From the human T2T-CHM13v2.0 reference genome, Homo sapiens, in assembly GCF_009914755.1 (NCBI RefSeq), contig NC_060941.1: a stretch of 64,000 nt of DNA. The stretch is one strand, 5' to 3'. The position numbers were made by a program, and so were the translations under genes. Below, one piece after another: positions 31,784 to 50,799 of this stretch (the stretch's first letter is position 1; each line of letters opens with the position of its first letter). The notes beneath the pieces were generated by a model. It did not search any database. It was given only the letters and a program-made list of their open reading frames with translations, and was not told the origin of the DNA.

Positions 31784-32291
31784 TGGGCATCTTTTCAAAT
31801 TTTTAGATTTCTTTTTCTGTTCATTACCTACTCAGATCCTATGCCCATTTTCTCACAAGGTAGTTTTCCTTCTTTTTATTTCCTTCCTTCCTTTCTTTTT
31901 ATACAGTTTCTCATTATAAACTTTTGCTATGAGTCCCTTGGTATATGTATGTTATAATATTGTTCCCAGTCTGTTATTTGTCCTCTAACTTAATATTAAC
32001 AAGTAATAAAAAAAGATTTTAAAATCAAATAGTTTGGGGAATTCTAGGAGAAGTCAGGGTCTTCATTATAAGCTTAATACTAAAAGTGATAGATATAGCA
32101 CAAGAAAATAAAACCTCAGATTGATCTAACTTATTAATAGTGGTGTAAGATATCAACGTGAAATACAAGTAAGTTGACTTTAGCAGTTTATTCAAACAAT
32201 ATGCCACCAACTGGTAAAGTTAATTTAGTATATAATGCTATTTATGTATGCATACCCAAGCATACATTAAAAAGAAAAGCTTTGTAGTCAC

Positions 32292-32848
32292 TGTATTAGT
32301 CAGGTTCTCTAGAGGGACAGAACTAATAGGATAGATGTATATATGAAGTGGAGTTTATTAAGGAGTATTGACTCCTACCATTGCAAAGTGAAGCTCCACA
32401 ATAGGCTATCTGCAAGCTGGGGATCAAGGAAGCCAGTCCGGGTCCCAAAACCTCAAAAGTAGGGAAGCTGACAGTGCAGCCTTCAGTCTGTGGCCAAGGG
32501 CCTGAGAGCCCCTGGAAAACAACTGGTGTAAGTCCAAGAGTCCAAAGCCTGAAGAACTTGGCGTCTGATGTTAGAGGGCAGAAAGCATCCAGCACAGGAG
32601 ATAGATAAAGGCCAGAAGACGCAGCAAGTCAGCTTCTCCCACCTTCTCCTGCCTGCTTTATTCTAGCTATTCTAGCAGTGCTGGCAGCTGATTAAACGGT
32701 GCCCACCCAAACTGAGAGTGGGTCTGCCTCTCCCAGTCCACTGACTCAAGTGTTAATCTCCTTTGGCAACACCCTCACAGACACACCCAGGAACAATACT
32801 TTGCACCCTTCAATCCAATCAAGTTGACACTTCATGTTAACCATCACA
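32292..32848 (-). mobile_element. MLT2A (HERV-L) solo LTR
   Basis: tgtattagtcaggttctctagagggacagaac...ttaaccatcaca; 5-bp TSD gtcac at 32287 and 32849. Confidence 0.9.
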
Positions 32849-32854
32849 GTCACC

Positions 32855-33749
32855 TTGAGAAATGTCAAAATGATATTTAACACAATTCAACATCTGTTCC
32901 TCATTAAAACTCTCAGTAAAGTAGGAATAAAATATTTGGCTATTTCGCTAGCAGATGAAAACCAATCCCAATCCAGGAGCAAAACATTCCATCTAATGAC
33001 AGAATCCAAGAGGCACTGTCATTAACGTAGAGAAAGCGCAATGACAGCTCCCTTCACTACTGTAATTCAAAAATGTGTCCTGGATTTCTAGCCAATGCAA
33101 TAATAAATTTAAAATACTTAATCACCTAAATGCTGTGAAATATCAAACATAATATTATTTATGGATGATATAAAAAATAAAACGGAAAGTTAAGGACTCA
33201 TTGCAAAATAAATTTTAAAATGCAATACCTTTCCTAATATCCACAATAGCCAGTTAGAAAATATATTTTCAAAATAACAACCAAAACATATGGTACAAAT
33301 AAGTGTAAAGAAATTTGTTGAAACTGTGAAGAAAACTACATATCCTTATTGAAGGATATTTTAAAAGATATGAATAAACATATATACTTTGTGTACTAGG
33401 AGATTCAATTTTGTAAGGACACTATTTCTCCAATTTACTTAAAAATAAAATACTACTCTAATTGAACTCCAATTTGATTTTTGGCATATTCATCTCTACT
33501 GTTATTAAAAGTTCTTATCATTTAACCAATTATTAAAGATCCAATAACCTACATGTTCAATAATATAAAGTTAGCCAAATAAATTATGTATATTCAGATG
33601 GAAGAAAAGTGTGCATTGTTTATTTTAAATCATATTTGCAAAAATAATTGACAAGAAAAACTTTCAGATTTTATTTTCAGTAAAACAGTAGGTTTGAAAT
33701 TAGTATAGTGATTGATATGTATATTTGTATATATACATGTATATGTGTT

Positions 33750-33813
<64 letters not shown>

Positions 33814-34190
33814 GAGAGAGAGAGAATAATAGAGAGACATAAAAAAGAAAGCTACTGAATGAATCACACCAGGACATAATGTTTTATCTCTGGTTAGTAA
33901 AATTATGAATCTTGTTTTTTATCTTTGCTTAATATTCCACAATAAGTATATACTCTTAATTAATAAATGGACAAAACAGTATTATCTTGTAGAACAGTTA
34001 AGAATAATAAAGAAATAAAACTGTAAAAGAACTAGAAAACTTCTCAAAAGTTTTCAGATCAGTTTTTATGTATGTGAAAGGTCTTTCTAAATGCAGAAAC
34101 AAAGAACTATATTTAGAAAAGGACTGTTAAATGTGACTTCTTAAAAGCTTTAAATTTCTGTAGATCACAAAATACCATAAACAAACTTTT
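32855..34190 (+). mobile_element. Degenerate ancient L1M fragments (continuing after 37517)
   Basis: ORF2-like aattcaacatctgttcctcattaaaactctcagtaaagtaggaata; A-rich sense strand. Confidence 0.55.
33740..33838. repeat. (TG)n(TA)n(GA)n compound microsatellite
   Basis: Direct reading. Confidence 0.95.
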
Positions 34191-34346
34191 TTGCATTAAA
34201 TAGAAGTTTAATAATTTATTATAATCTTGAAGGGAAAAGTCCAGATTGTATTTTGATATTTTGTACATTAATATATTATTACAACGTGAAGAAAGATTTT
34301 TTTGAAATTTTGTTTTAGTCATTTCCTTTGAAGCCACATCATGGTA

Positions 34347-34624
<278 letters not shown>

Positions 34625-34634
34625 AGTAACATCT

Positions 34635-37520
<2,886 letters not shown>

Positions 37521-38691
37521 AAACAAAATTTTAAAAGAAATTTTCAACACATATGTGAAAAGAATAAATCTTCTCTATATATGAAAAGCTCTCGTGAATT
37601 GTACTGGGAATCTCCCATTCGTTCTGCTCCCCTCCTCTTATTGCCCCCAACCCAGTTACACTTTGCCCTTCCCAACTCTGTTCTTTCCCTAACCTGAGAG
37701 ACTTGATTTGCATGAATTATATCAATGGACTGCCTTTGCCCTCTAGGTTTTTGTGACCTTTGGCCATGCTGAGTATCAGAAGGTCATAGGAAGGAGAAAG
37801 AGAGTGAGATCCCGGTAGTCATTTCTTCGGCCTCCACCTGCCCTCCACTAACGGTTACAGCTCGTGTAGGGCTCCTTCTCCAGAGGGCTCTCTGTCTCTG
37901 TCTCTCCAGGTTCTGCTAACCCCTCCTCTCCCTTTTCTCCTCAAGCCCAGAGTGGAACTGGAACCTCCCCAGCTCCACTCACCCTAACATTACTAGCCCA
38001 GAGTAATGTACTCTCTCGTAGGTCTCTTCAATCTACACTTTCATAAATAGTTCCTTTAGTTAACTGTCCTCAAAAGAGCTGGTGTGTTGTATCATCATTT
38101 TGCCTGCAGAAACCCTAACAATTACAGTAATCAAAAAGAAAAAGATAAATAGCCCAGTAGAAATGTAGGCAAAGGACAAGAACAAACAACTCACAAAATA
38201 AAAACTCCAAATAGTTTGTCAACATGAAAAAAAAGTTTAGCATCACTAGTAAATACACATATATTTGCATAATATGCATACATTAATTAAACCAATATTG
38301 TGATCTTATTTTTAATCTATCCTTTTTTTTATTTAAATAATATTTCCCAGTGTTGAAAGGATGGGAGTGCATATAGGTTATCTCAAATACTGATGATTGG
38401 GATTGAAATTTCTGAGAAATAATAATTATTACTAATAATAATTTAATAAATTGAATAATTATTGAATAAATCAAATAATTGTTAAATAATTTAATAATTA
38501 TTAATGACAATTTGTACAAAGAATACTAAAAATGTTTTTACCCTTTGACCTGGCAAATCCCACTTCCAAGAAGATTGCCGTAAGTAACTAAAATTTTCAC
38601 TTACATAGAACAATGTTCAGCAAAGCATTATCTGTGAGGTAAATTCTGGGAAACGACTTACATTTTCAGAAATTAGATAAATTTTAGATAA

Positions 38692-39055
<364 letters not shown>

Positions 39056-39069
39056 ACCTCTTTGTAAAA

Positions 39070-40230
39070 GTATTCATAAGTTCTGCCTACACTAGCTCGA
39101 AAATATGTCCCAAATCCAATCACTTCTCACCATCTCCCCTGCAAAAAGCCTGGACCAAGCCACCTTCAGTTCCCTGCCTAGATGGCTAAGCTACCTCCTG
39201 ACTCTCTTGTTCCTCATCCACTCTCCCCTGCCACAGTGTGTCTGCACTGCAACAAGCATATCTGAGAGCATAAGCCTCATCATTCCATTCCCTGCCGAAA
39301 ACACACCAGTGGCTTCCCAGTGAAATTAGAGTAAAATCCATACTCCTCATACTTCTTCCCATGGCCTCCGGAGCCTCTGGTGGTCTGGCCCCAGCTGCCT
39401 CTCAGCCATCCTCTCCACCACTCTCTGGACTGTCCTCCCCACTGTACATCATAGCCAAGCTTGCTTCTGCCACAGGCCTTTACACTTGCTTGCTCAGCAG
39501 CCTGGAACAGTCTTCCTGCAGTCTGTAGAGCTGGCCATTTCCCATCATTGAGATCCCAGTGAAATGTAGCTTCTTGAAGATGCCTTCCCAGAGGAAGAGA
39601 CCTTCCTAACTAATGTGGCATCATCACATTCCAAGAATTCTCTCTCCTGAGCCCTTGTGTTTGTTTTTCTCAGTATTTAAAATATCAAAGATCTATCTCT
39701 TTGTTGCCTGTCTCCCCCACCTGAATGAGCAAAAGGACTTTGCCTTTCTTGTATCCCCGTCACTCAAACTGAATGCCTAGTACATACTAAATAATATTTG
39801 TCCAATGATGACTGCACACATATTGATTCATTCATTTATTCACTCAACAAAGACTTTTTGAGTGCTCTTCCTATGCCAGGCACTGCTCTGGGTACATGTG
39901 ATACATCCATGAGGGAAGATCCCTGCCTCTCTGAAGCTTATACTCTAGCAGAAGTAAGGGGCAAGAGACAATAAATACAACTTCAAAGTGACTTATATAA
40001 TGTAGTAGAGCATGACAGATGCTGTGGGGAAAAAAGAAAAATGTGGAGTAGAGTAGGAGAAGCAATGAGGCTGGGCATCTGGAGAGGATGGGTGGGAGGA
40101 GGCAGAGGTGGTAGGCCTTCTTAGGAAGGAGACGTCTGAGAAAAACTTGGAGAAGAACAAATGCATCGGGCAGATATTTGGGGAAGAGCAGCCATACAGC
40201 TAGAACAATAGTCCTAAGACAGAGTGGAGT
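39070..40230. mobile_element. L2 fragments in both orientations
   Basis: aatccaatcacttctcaccatctcc...; cattcatttattcactcaacaaa...ctatgccaggcactg. Confidence 0.6.
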
Positions 40231-40286
40231 GGAGCCCAGAGCGCCTGTGCCTAACAATTCCTGCCTTCTGAGAAGTGTTTCTCCCA

Positions 40287-40624
<338 letters not shown>

Positions 40625-41007
40625 CTATCTGCCTGCCCCATGAGAATTGACTTGAGGGCCCATGCTTAACCAAACAAGATCTTTACCCAGGGATTTTTTA
40701 AATTTTGACTTGCATTGGATAAAAAGTCTCTTTCCCTTCTCTTTCCAACCAGTCACTCAACACATATTTTGACAAGCATTTACTACATAATTTCTTCTGT
40801 TCTGGACACTGGGGCTTCCATGGTTAACAAGATAAATGGAGGTCCCTGCTCTCATGAAGAGGAGGGATACAGTAAGTCAACAAGGAAAAACTGAGAATCA
40901 TTTCAGGTTCTCTGAAGGAAACCATCATGGCTCTAGGATGGGAAATGACTAAGAAGGGGAGGTTGGTGGGTAGAGTCTTACAGGGTGGGGGTCGTTTAAA
41001 TTGAGGT

Positions 41008-41336
<329 letters not shown>

Positions 41337-42249
41337 AGAATTGAGATCTTGGTGGATGCAGAGGTATCAGCCATGCAAATGTCTTAGGAGGAAGTGTTCC
41401 AGGCAGAGACCTGAGGTGGCAATGAGCTTGGCAAGTCAATACACTGAAAGAAGGTGATCACAGCTACAGCCTAGTGAGAAAAGGAGAAAGTGGGCCACAG
41501 TCAGAGAGTTAGACCGTGTGCCTTCCAACATGAAGAAACTGGGGTGTAAAAAAGCAACCCACACACAGGGAGACAGGGAAGGAAGAGAAAGTCCACAGAG
41601 CCCTGCCGACAACATTGAGAATGGGATTCCACTCATCATACTGCCAGCTCCATGCCTGCCCTTGCCAGATATTCGAGTGAGAAAATCTCCCTGTGTACTT
41701 CATCTAGGGTTTCTGTCACTAAAACCAAAAGAGTCATGATTAATTTATAGATATATATGAATATGAAAAAGACTGGAAGGAGAAGGAGTTACTGTACGTG
41801 GAAACATCGACCGTGATATATCTGGGTTATAAAATTCATTTTCATCTCTGTACATTGCTTAACTTATGCTGTTTTAAAATCATGGCATTCTTTGGTTACA
41901 TTTGTATTTTCTCACTTTGCCCTCTGTCACCTCAGGGGGCCGTGACAACAGGTGTGCTGGTATCCCTCTCACACCTGTGCTGCCTACCTCCCTGCCTTCA
42001 CAGGTGTATTGGGACCAAATGTGAAATCCATTGCAAGAATGAAAGGAGCATCTGCCACAGTACTTCCATTCGGAGCTAGAAATAATTCTCTTTGTTTGTG
42101 GATCAAGAGCACCTCAAATTAATTTGGCATAAGAATCTAATTTTTGAAATCAAGATGTCCCCCCACTGACAAAGTTAGCGCCATAAGCAAATGGTTTCAC
42201 AGCATTTTAAGAGCCTCCAGCTACATTGGGGCTCCACTGCCCTAATAGG

Positions 42250-42724
42250 AAGTGGTAGGGAGCTGGGCGTGGGAGTCTGCAATGTACCTTTCACGGATAT
42301 TTCTTTCACCTGGCAGACAGCCTAATGCTTAGCTGTCTGACCCATGACCAGGGGGTCCTTCACATGGGAAATTTGTTTATATTGGCGGATCCCCTTGTGG
42401 CTCTTGTCCAATCCATGTCCAGTTTATGCCTGCCTGACCATCACTCTGAGCTGGGAGCTCAGCCCAGTACCTGGAGAAAACCCAGCCTGGAGCAGCCCCT
42501 GGTTCTTCAGATGGAAGGTGCAAATTCAGTATACCACCACAACAGGAAACACATTCAAATATTTTTACTTACAGATCCTGAGCAGGGAGAATGCAATGAG
42601 TTGGGAGGGTAGTGCTCTGTCCCTGGGTCACGACAGGTAGGAATGAAGAGTGAGGCAGAGAGAAAGAGAAGTGCATAGAAGTGCATGGCAACCGGCAGTA
42701 TATATAAGAGATATATATAAGAAA

Positions 42725-42796
<72 letters not shown>

Positions 42797-43168
42797 GTGT
42801 GTATATATAAAAGAAAGTAGGATGTGTATATATATATATAAAAGAAAGTATATACAAGAAATATATTTCTCATATTTAATATAAGATATATCTTATGTTA
42901 ATATATAAGTATATATAAGAAAGTAGGATGTGGGTCACTTTAGGTTTTCAGCAAATGCCTGAATGGTCCCTTTAAAGGAAGTGGCAGGCAAGCAGGGAGC
43001 TCCTGCCTAGGAGAGATCCAAATTCTCTGGCTACTGGCTTGAGTCATTTGGGTGTGGTATAGAACTGGAAACTGTATCCAGGGTAACTGAGCCCTGCTTC
43101 TGGTATGAATAAAGTTAAACCTATATTCAAAATGGATGCCCAAGCAACAGAAAATTAGAATTCCCTAC
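42250..43168 (-). mobile_element. Probable ERVL-class LTR (MER54/73/74-like) interrupted by a microsatellite
   Basis: ttgtttatattggc...cttgtggctcttgtc...gtccagtttatgcctgcctgacca; ends ...ccctaca. Confidence 0.5.
42698..42932. repeat. (TG)n(TA)n tract with a reiterated gaaagt(aggatgtg) motif
   Basis: Direct reading. Confidence 0.9.
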
Positions 43169-43933
43169 ACCTGATTGTAGGCTTCTCACCGAATGTCATA
43201 GCAGGCCTTAAATCAACTTCATACGCATTTATGACACCATTTTATGTACAGAGTAGCGAGTTCTCCTGCCCCCAATTTACAGATGAAGGTGGCAAGTTCT
43301 GGAAGGTTTAAGTGATTTGCCAAGATCAACTCTTTCAGCCGTGTCTTTCTGGAACAAGCAAAACTCTGAGCAAAGGACAAACCCAGGACCAGGCAGAGCA
43401 GCTGACTCACAGGCTGTGCCTTGTTTCTGTCTGAATTATTTCTTGGCAGAAAATGCTGTTTTGCTATCAGGACAGTCAAGTGTAGTTAGAACAAGCTCAT
43501 GGAACAAAGCAGTTTAATTAAGGAAAAAAAAATTACTTGGGTTACAGTGCTATTCTCTTCAATCCAAGATGGAAATTAATTTATAATAACCTTATCTTTT
43601 ATTCATAGCATGCTGCATATTTCAGAGTATGTCGGCATCCTTGTATTTCTCAGTTGAATGTGAAATAATTGTGTGTTTCTAATGGGCTGCGAGTCAGTTA
43701 AAGTGCTGAAAGAACATAGCTGAGTCTTGGCTAACCATTCAGAGAAGTCTGAAGCCACTGAGGAGTAGCTTTGGTTTCCTTTTGATGAGTCATGATATTT
43801 AAAATTCAGAGGGCTGCTGCAGGCTTCAAAGCAGCCCTTTCAAACCGATCGCTCCACAACCTAACTCCATCAGTGGCAGAGGACAAAGAAAGCCCATTCA
43901 TGTTCCCCTAACCACCTCCTTCTCTTTTCCCAG

Positions 43934-44359
43934 ACCAACCTGACAGAGCTGAAGTCATTTGGCTCTCCGCCTCTGGCCGTCAGCAATGTCAGCGCTGCGG
44001 TGATGGTACTGATGGCTCCCAGGGGTAGGGTGCCCAAGGACCGGAGCTGGAAGGCTGCTAAGGTCACCATGGCCAAAGTGGATGGCTTCCTGGACTCGCT
44101 AATAAACTTCAACAAAGAGAACATTCACGAGAACTGCCTCAAAGCCATCAGGCCGTATCTGCAAGACCCCGAGTTCAATCCTGAGTTTGTGGCCACCAAA
44201 TCCTATGCGGCTGCAGGCCTCTGCTCCTGGGTCATCAATATTGTGAGATTTTATGAGGTGTTCTGTGATGTGGAACCCAAGCGCCAGGCACTGAACAAAG
44301 CCACCGCGGACCTCACAGCTGCCCAGGAGAAGCTGGCTGCCATCAAAGCCAAGATCGCT
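43934..44359 (+). CDS. DNAH9: DNAH9 coding exon (microtubule-binding domain H1-H6 and start of CC2, TNLTELKSF...KAKIA)
   Basis: tcttttcccag|ACC and GCT|gtgagt; 426 nt, phase 0-0. Motifs [37 protein letters not shown]. Confidence 0.97.
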
Positions 44360-44962
44360 GTGAGTGACCCCAGAGCCCCTCACCCTGCTAGTCCGCCTCC
44401 AATACAAACAACGCTCTTCAGACACCATCTAACACCTAACGTTACGGTTTTTAAAGAGAAGCAGGAAAACCACATTTTCATGCAAAATCTCATTTTTCAG
44501 TAGAGGCAACTTTTTACATTTCTTTCTCAAACACTGTATAGGCCAAACAAGACAATTCCACTGGACCACTGGTTTACAAGCTGTGGTGCGAAAAGGTTTT
44601 CTCCTTTTCTGAACAAAAGGTTAAAATTTTGAGACTTTTTCTCTTTCTCCTTGGAAATGTGGATTTTAGCCACCTTACCCTTTTTACCTGTTCCCTTCAG
44701 TTCTAGCCAACTATCTGCCTGTCTCACTTTCAGTAGCATGGATGTGTGGAAATGTGTCAGCTATCTGCATTGTTTTGTGGAAGTTCGTTAAAGCAAGTTA
44801 TACACTGTGACTTAGTGGGTGGCCCCTAGTCCATAAATATAAAACTGTGAGGGTCATTAGCTTTTATAAACTCATGTAGATATTGTTATTATGTCTGCTT
44901 CACCCAGGATTTGGAGATGGGGATGGTGATCTTGGATTCACACCTATTTGGGAGATTTTCCT

Positions 44963-45646
44963 TGTCAACCTGAAATAATTGAAAGGATCAGAATTCATTT
45001 TTTTTTTTAATCTGTAGAGGCAGGGTCTCCCTATGTTGCCCAGGTTGGTCTTGAACTCCCGGGCTCAAGTGATCCTCCCACCTCAGCCTCCCAAAGTGCT
45101 GGGATTACAGGTATGAGCCACTGAGCCCAGCCCAGAATCCAGCTTCAAGAGTTGATTTAAGTGAAAAACTGGCAATGAACTCCAAAGAGATAGAGTGAGT
45201 GCTCCAAAGTAAAACGTTAAGGTGTTACTTATATAGGCAGAAAACAAAGAAATTTTCTATAATAGGCTGGTTTATGAGTTACAACAATTTAATTAATTAC
45301 AGTTTTCTGTACAGCTTGTTTCACTTCCTTTCCAAAGAGTGTATTTAACCTTCCATCTTAGATAATGTGGAGTCTTTGTGTGAGAAAGGTGAAAGAGAGG
45401 TTAATCTATAACAAAGATCAGCAATGAAGCTGGAAGGAGTCTTCCCTGGTGCCCTTTAGTCATTTGCAAAGTTTTACAAGACAATGTAGGTAAGGAAAAA
45501 GGCCAATCTATAATCAGAGAAATAAAGGTTACAACTGCCTAGGTTATAGCTGCCTGTCCTGTGACTCGAGACCTATAATCACATTACCTTAAGGCTCAAA
45601 ATATTTTAAAGTTCCAACAGCTTAGATCTTGAATTACTTACTTTCA
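44963..45646 (-). mobile_element. Probable ERV1 solo LTR containing an Alu monomer
   Basis: tgtcaacctgaaataa...ttactttca termini. Confidence 0.55.
44998..45132 (-). mobile_element. Alu left monomer (FLAM/AluJ)
   Basis: gtagaggcagggtctccctatgttgcccagg; flanks cagaat/cagaat. Confidence 0.85.
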
Positions 45647-45971
45647 TATGCTTGAACTTCACCTTGCCCATAAAAATGCATATTAACAAAGTAACAGGTA
45701 GAAATCAGAATCCTGGAAGATAGCATAGCAACTAAGACTCCATCCTTCCACATAGCTTAGTTCCAATCCAAGCTGTAATATTTACTGATCGTGTGACCTT
45801 TAGAAAGGTTTCCAAAATGCCCAAACCTTAGCTTCCTGAAGTAGAATAGACACAGTAATAGTACCTGCTTCATGGGACTATTATGAGAATTAAAGGATGT
45901 GATGTGTATAAAGCATGAGACTAGAGCCCAGCCCATGATGAAGGGAGCAGCAGGAGCTGCCCCCCTGCTGT

Positions 45972-46032
45972 GTGACTATAACTGCTCAACCACTACTGTG
46001 TGAGCGTGACTATAACTGCTCAACTGCTACTG
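45972..46032. repeat. Tandem duplication, 34-bp period
   Basis: gtgactataactgctcaac..ctactg at 45972 and 46006. Confidence 0.85.
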
Positions 46033-46348
46033 CCCCATTTGACAGCATGTGCCATCTACCACATGCACATCCAACCTCTTGCATGGACTCAATCACGGCT
46101 GTGATCAAGTTCAATCCAAAAAATTTTCTGGATCTTTAATTTCTGTATGTGCATTCTAGGCAAATAAGATTCTTGCTACAAATTTGTCATGATGATAAGG
46201 AGGATTTTACAAGTTATGAAAGGTAGGATTGTAGACATGCTGTATGCCACGTGACATGGGTTTATTGATTGTTAGATTAAAATCTATGGAAAAAGGCTCT
46301 AGATCAAAGATCCTTGAGACCAATCTCTCTATTTAAAAAGATACTTTG

Positions 46349-46652
46349 GGCCGGGTGCAGTGGCTCATGCCTGTAATCCCAGCACTTTGGGAGGTCAAGG
46401 CAGGAGGATCATGAGGCCGGTAGATCGAGACCATCCAGGCCACCATGGTGAAACCCCGTCTTTACTAAAAATACAAAAAAAAAAAAAAAATTAGCTGGGC
46501 GTGGTGGTGGCCACCTGTAGTCCCAGCTACTTAGGAGGCTGAGGCAGGAGAATGAAGTGAACCTGGGAGGCAGAGCTTGCAGTAAGCCAAGATCAGGCCA
46601 CTGCACTCCAGCCTGGGCAACACAGCGAGACCCTGTCTCAGAAAAAAAAAAA
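46349..46652 (+). mobile_element. AluSc/Y-like with expanded central A tract
   Basis: Full dimer. Confidence 0.92.
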
Positions 46653-46809
46653 GAACTTTGGCAAAGCAACTCACCTCCTCTCAATATGCTTGTTTTATAA
46701 TGCACATGTTCATGGACTAGTTTACTTAAAATAGATGATAATCACCATAACAATTGCTCCCTTCAAAGAACATCACATGCAAGACACCGTCACATCCCCA
46801 TTCCTGAAT

Positions 46810-46958
46810 TTATTTTTATTTTTTATTTTTAGAGAAGGGGTCTTGCTATGTTGCCCAGGCTGGTCTTGAACTCTTGGCCTCAAGTGAACGTTTTGCCTTG
46901 GCCTCCCAAAGAGCTAGGATTACAAGCAGACTACAGGCATGAGCCACCATGTCCAGCC
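46810..46958 (-). mobile_element. Alu left monomer (FLAM-like)
   Basis: ggtcttgctatgttgcccaggctggtcttgaactc. Confidence 0.85.
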
Positions 46959-47574
46959 CATATTCCTGCTTTTTGGGAGGAAAAGATCTCCCGATAATTT
47001 TTATATTTTTCAGTCTCTTCCAGAAAATATAACAAGAACTGCATTTTCAAAGACTCTTGACTCAAGTTATTTTAACTAAAGGAACAGTTGGTGCAAAGAG
47101 AATGTTTTCAAAATGTTTATACCTTTTCAGTAGCCAACATTCACATGACGGGCCCACTCAACCTGCGAAAGCAATAAGAATATTTTAAAATTCCTTGGCT
47201 ACCTTTGGAAGGCACTTCTTTTCTGCCAAAATATTTTCTGGAAAAAAAAATGTATTCTTGCTTTTAACAACCTCCTCTCCATCCTCCACTTATACACATC
47301 CCCGTCAACATCCCAGGAATGTGGGCACTCCCTGCTAATAACACAGGAGATGGGCTAACACCCATCCCTAACCTGGAGACCCACCCAGGGCAAGAGGATT
47401 CCTATATGCTGCAGGGCCATTTCCAGCCTAGTCCAATCTCACATACACACACCCAAGTCTTACTTTGAGGATTTTAGGATAATTCCAAGTAAATAATCTT
47501 ATATTCAGAATACAGAAAGTGGGTGGAAAGCATATTTCAAGACAGATTTCAGTTTGATTACTGTATGCAGGACA

Positions 47575-47974
47575 TTATATAGTTTGGATATTTGTTCCTG
47601 CCCAAATCGCATGTTGAATTGTAATCCCCAGTGCCTGAGATGAGGCCTGGTGAGAGGCATTTGTGTTGTCAGGAGAATCCTTTATAGTTTGGTGCTGTCT
47701 TTATGACAGTGAGTGAGTTCTTGTGATATCTGGTCATTTAAAAGTATGTGGCACCTGCCCCCCGCAACTCCCTCTTGCTCCTGCTCTGGCCATATGATGT
47801 GCTCCTGCTTTGCCTTCCACCATGAGTAGAAGCTCCCTGAGGCCTCCCCAGAGAAAGATGCCAGCGGTATGCTTCCTATACAGCCTGCAGAACCATGAGC
47901 CATGAAACCTCTTTTCTTATAAATTACCCAGTCTCAGGTATTTCTTTATAGCAATGCAAGAATGGCCTAATACA
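47575..47974 (+). mobile_element. MST (MaLR) solo LTR
   Basis: tatagtttggatatttg...tttatagcaatgcaagaatggcctaataca. Confidence 0.88.
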
Positions 47975-48736
47975 GAATGGAAACACACAAAAATGTTAAC
48001 AGTGGTGGTGATCTCTGGGTGATGAATTTTGGATGGCTGTTTTGTCTAATCTACATTTTCTTTTGTTCTGTAGTGAAGATATATTAATGTTATGATTTAT
48101 AAAAATAATAGTAAGAACAAGGGAGGCATTTTCCGTGAGCATATTATCACACACAGAGTGAAATATCAAATAGTAGAGAAAGGCTTCTGATGAGAAACAA
48201 GAATCCCTTTTAATTCGTATATCTGTTTCTGGTGCTTGAGATCACATCAGAGCCTGCTACCTAGCAGCTCAACTGTGTTCCAGTTGGCCCATGCAGTCTA
48301 TTTGCAGATGATTTAATTAATTGCCAATATTTAAAATAGCAGGTACTTTTACGTAAAAATCTTATTTTAGGTCAGTCTAAAAATAATCAAAAGATTCTCA
48401 TATGTCATTAATTGACCCTAGAGTCAAGTAATGGCTTCCCATTCACACAGTTTTGCTCATTTTGTCATAATCCCCACCAACTTCTATTTTTTTCAACACT
48501 AGACTCATCTGACAAGTTTCCATTATCTTCCCACTTTCTGATCACTTGAATTTCTGACTTCTGTCCATGTGTTATGCTGATATCTATTTTTTGATGTATC
48601 TTATTGAGGCAGTTGACCTTCTGCTAGCTAGCTAAGGCTATAAGTTGTCCATTTCCATGTCTTCCCAATATAGTTACAGTAACCAGTTTTATTAGGTTAG
48701 CACAGAAGTTATTGTGGTTTTTGCCATTACTTTAAT

Positions 48737-49392
<656 letters not shown>

Positions 49393-49460
49393 TTAATGTA
49401 ACCTTTATTTCCTGTTCTATTACATAGAGGCAGCTCCCTTGGAGCTCTCAGCTTTCAAGA

Positions 49461-49875
49461 TGTGTTAGTCTATTCTTGCATTACTGTAAAGAAATACCTG
49501 AGGCTGGGTAATTTGTAAAGAAAAGGAGTTTAATCGGCTCACAGTTCTGCAGGTTTTACAAGCAGCATGGTGCTGGCTTCTGGCGAGGCCTCAGGAAGCT
49601 TACAATCATGGCCAAAGGCAATGGGGAGCCAGAATGTCATTTGGCAAGAGCGGGAGCAAGAGAGAGAAGAGGGAGGTCCCACACTCTTTTAAACAACCAG
49701 ATCTCCCCTGAACTAACTGATCAAGAACTCATTTACCAGCAAGGGAATGATGCGATACCATTCATGAAAGACCCGCCCCCATGATCCAATCACCTCCCAC
49801 CAGGCCCCACTTCCAACACTGGGAATCGCATTTCAACCTGAGATTTGGAGGAGACAGACATCCAAACCATAGCAC
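49461..49875 (-). mobile_element. MST (MaLR) solo LTR
   Basis: tgtgttagtctattcttgcatt...catccaaaccatagca. Confidence 0.88.
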
Positions 49876-50437
49876 AAGATGACACTCTTACCCCTGCCTT
49901 CAGCTCCCTTCCTTCTACTTCCCAACTTTTGTTATTACTGCTTATCATTACTTTTGCTTTGTAATCACCAAAACTGAGAATACATTCTCTTCTGTAACCA
50001 AAACTAAGTGACCCATGCTCTGTCCATAGACTGATCTGCAAAGTTAAAAAAGCAATAATTCCATTTCTATTCTGTGAACGTGTCTATATTGTTCATAACA
50101 GATCTAGAATTACATTCTCCTGTTTTACACAGTCTCTTCACCCCCACTCCCCAGAGTTTCTACTTTCCTTTATTGTCTCTTTCTCTTGCATTAGTTCCTT
50201 TTGCATGGCATCCATTATTTCTAAACTTTCCATTTACAATTAAGTATTCTTTGTTTGTCCTTCTTTGCTGCCACAACCTTTCTCTCTCTTATTCTGCTAT
50301 GGCTCATTCTCAGAGAACGTTCTCAGAAATGTTAAGGAAGAGGTAAATTTTCTGCATTGTTATTGTCTAGAAATGTCTTCGTTTTATTCGTAAACTGAAC
50401 TAACAGTTTTGCAAAGTATTGAATTCTGAGTTGCTAA

Positions 50438-50799
<362 letters not shown>

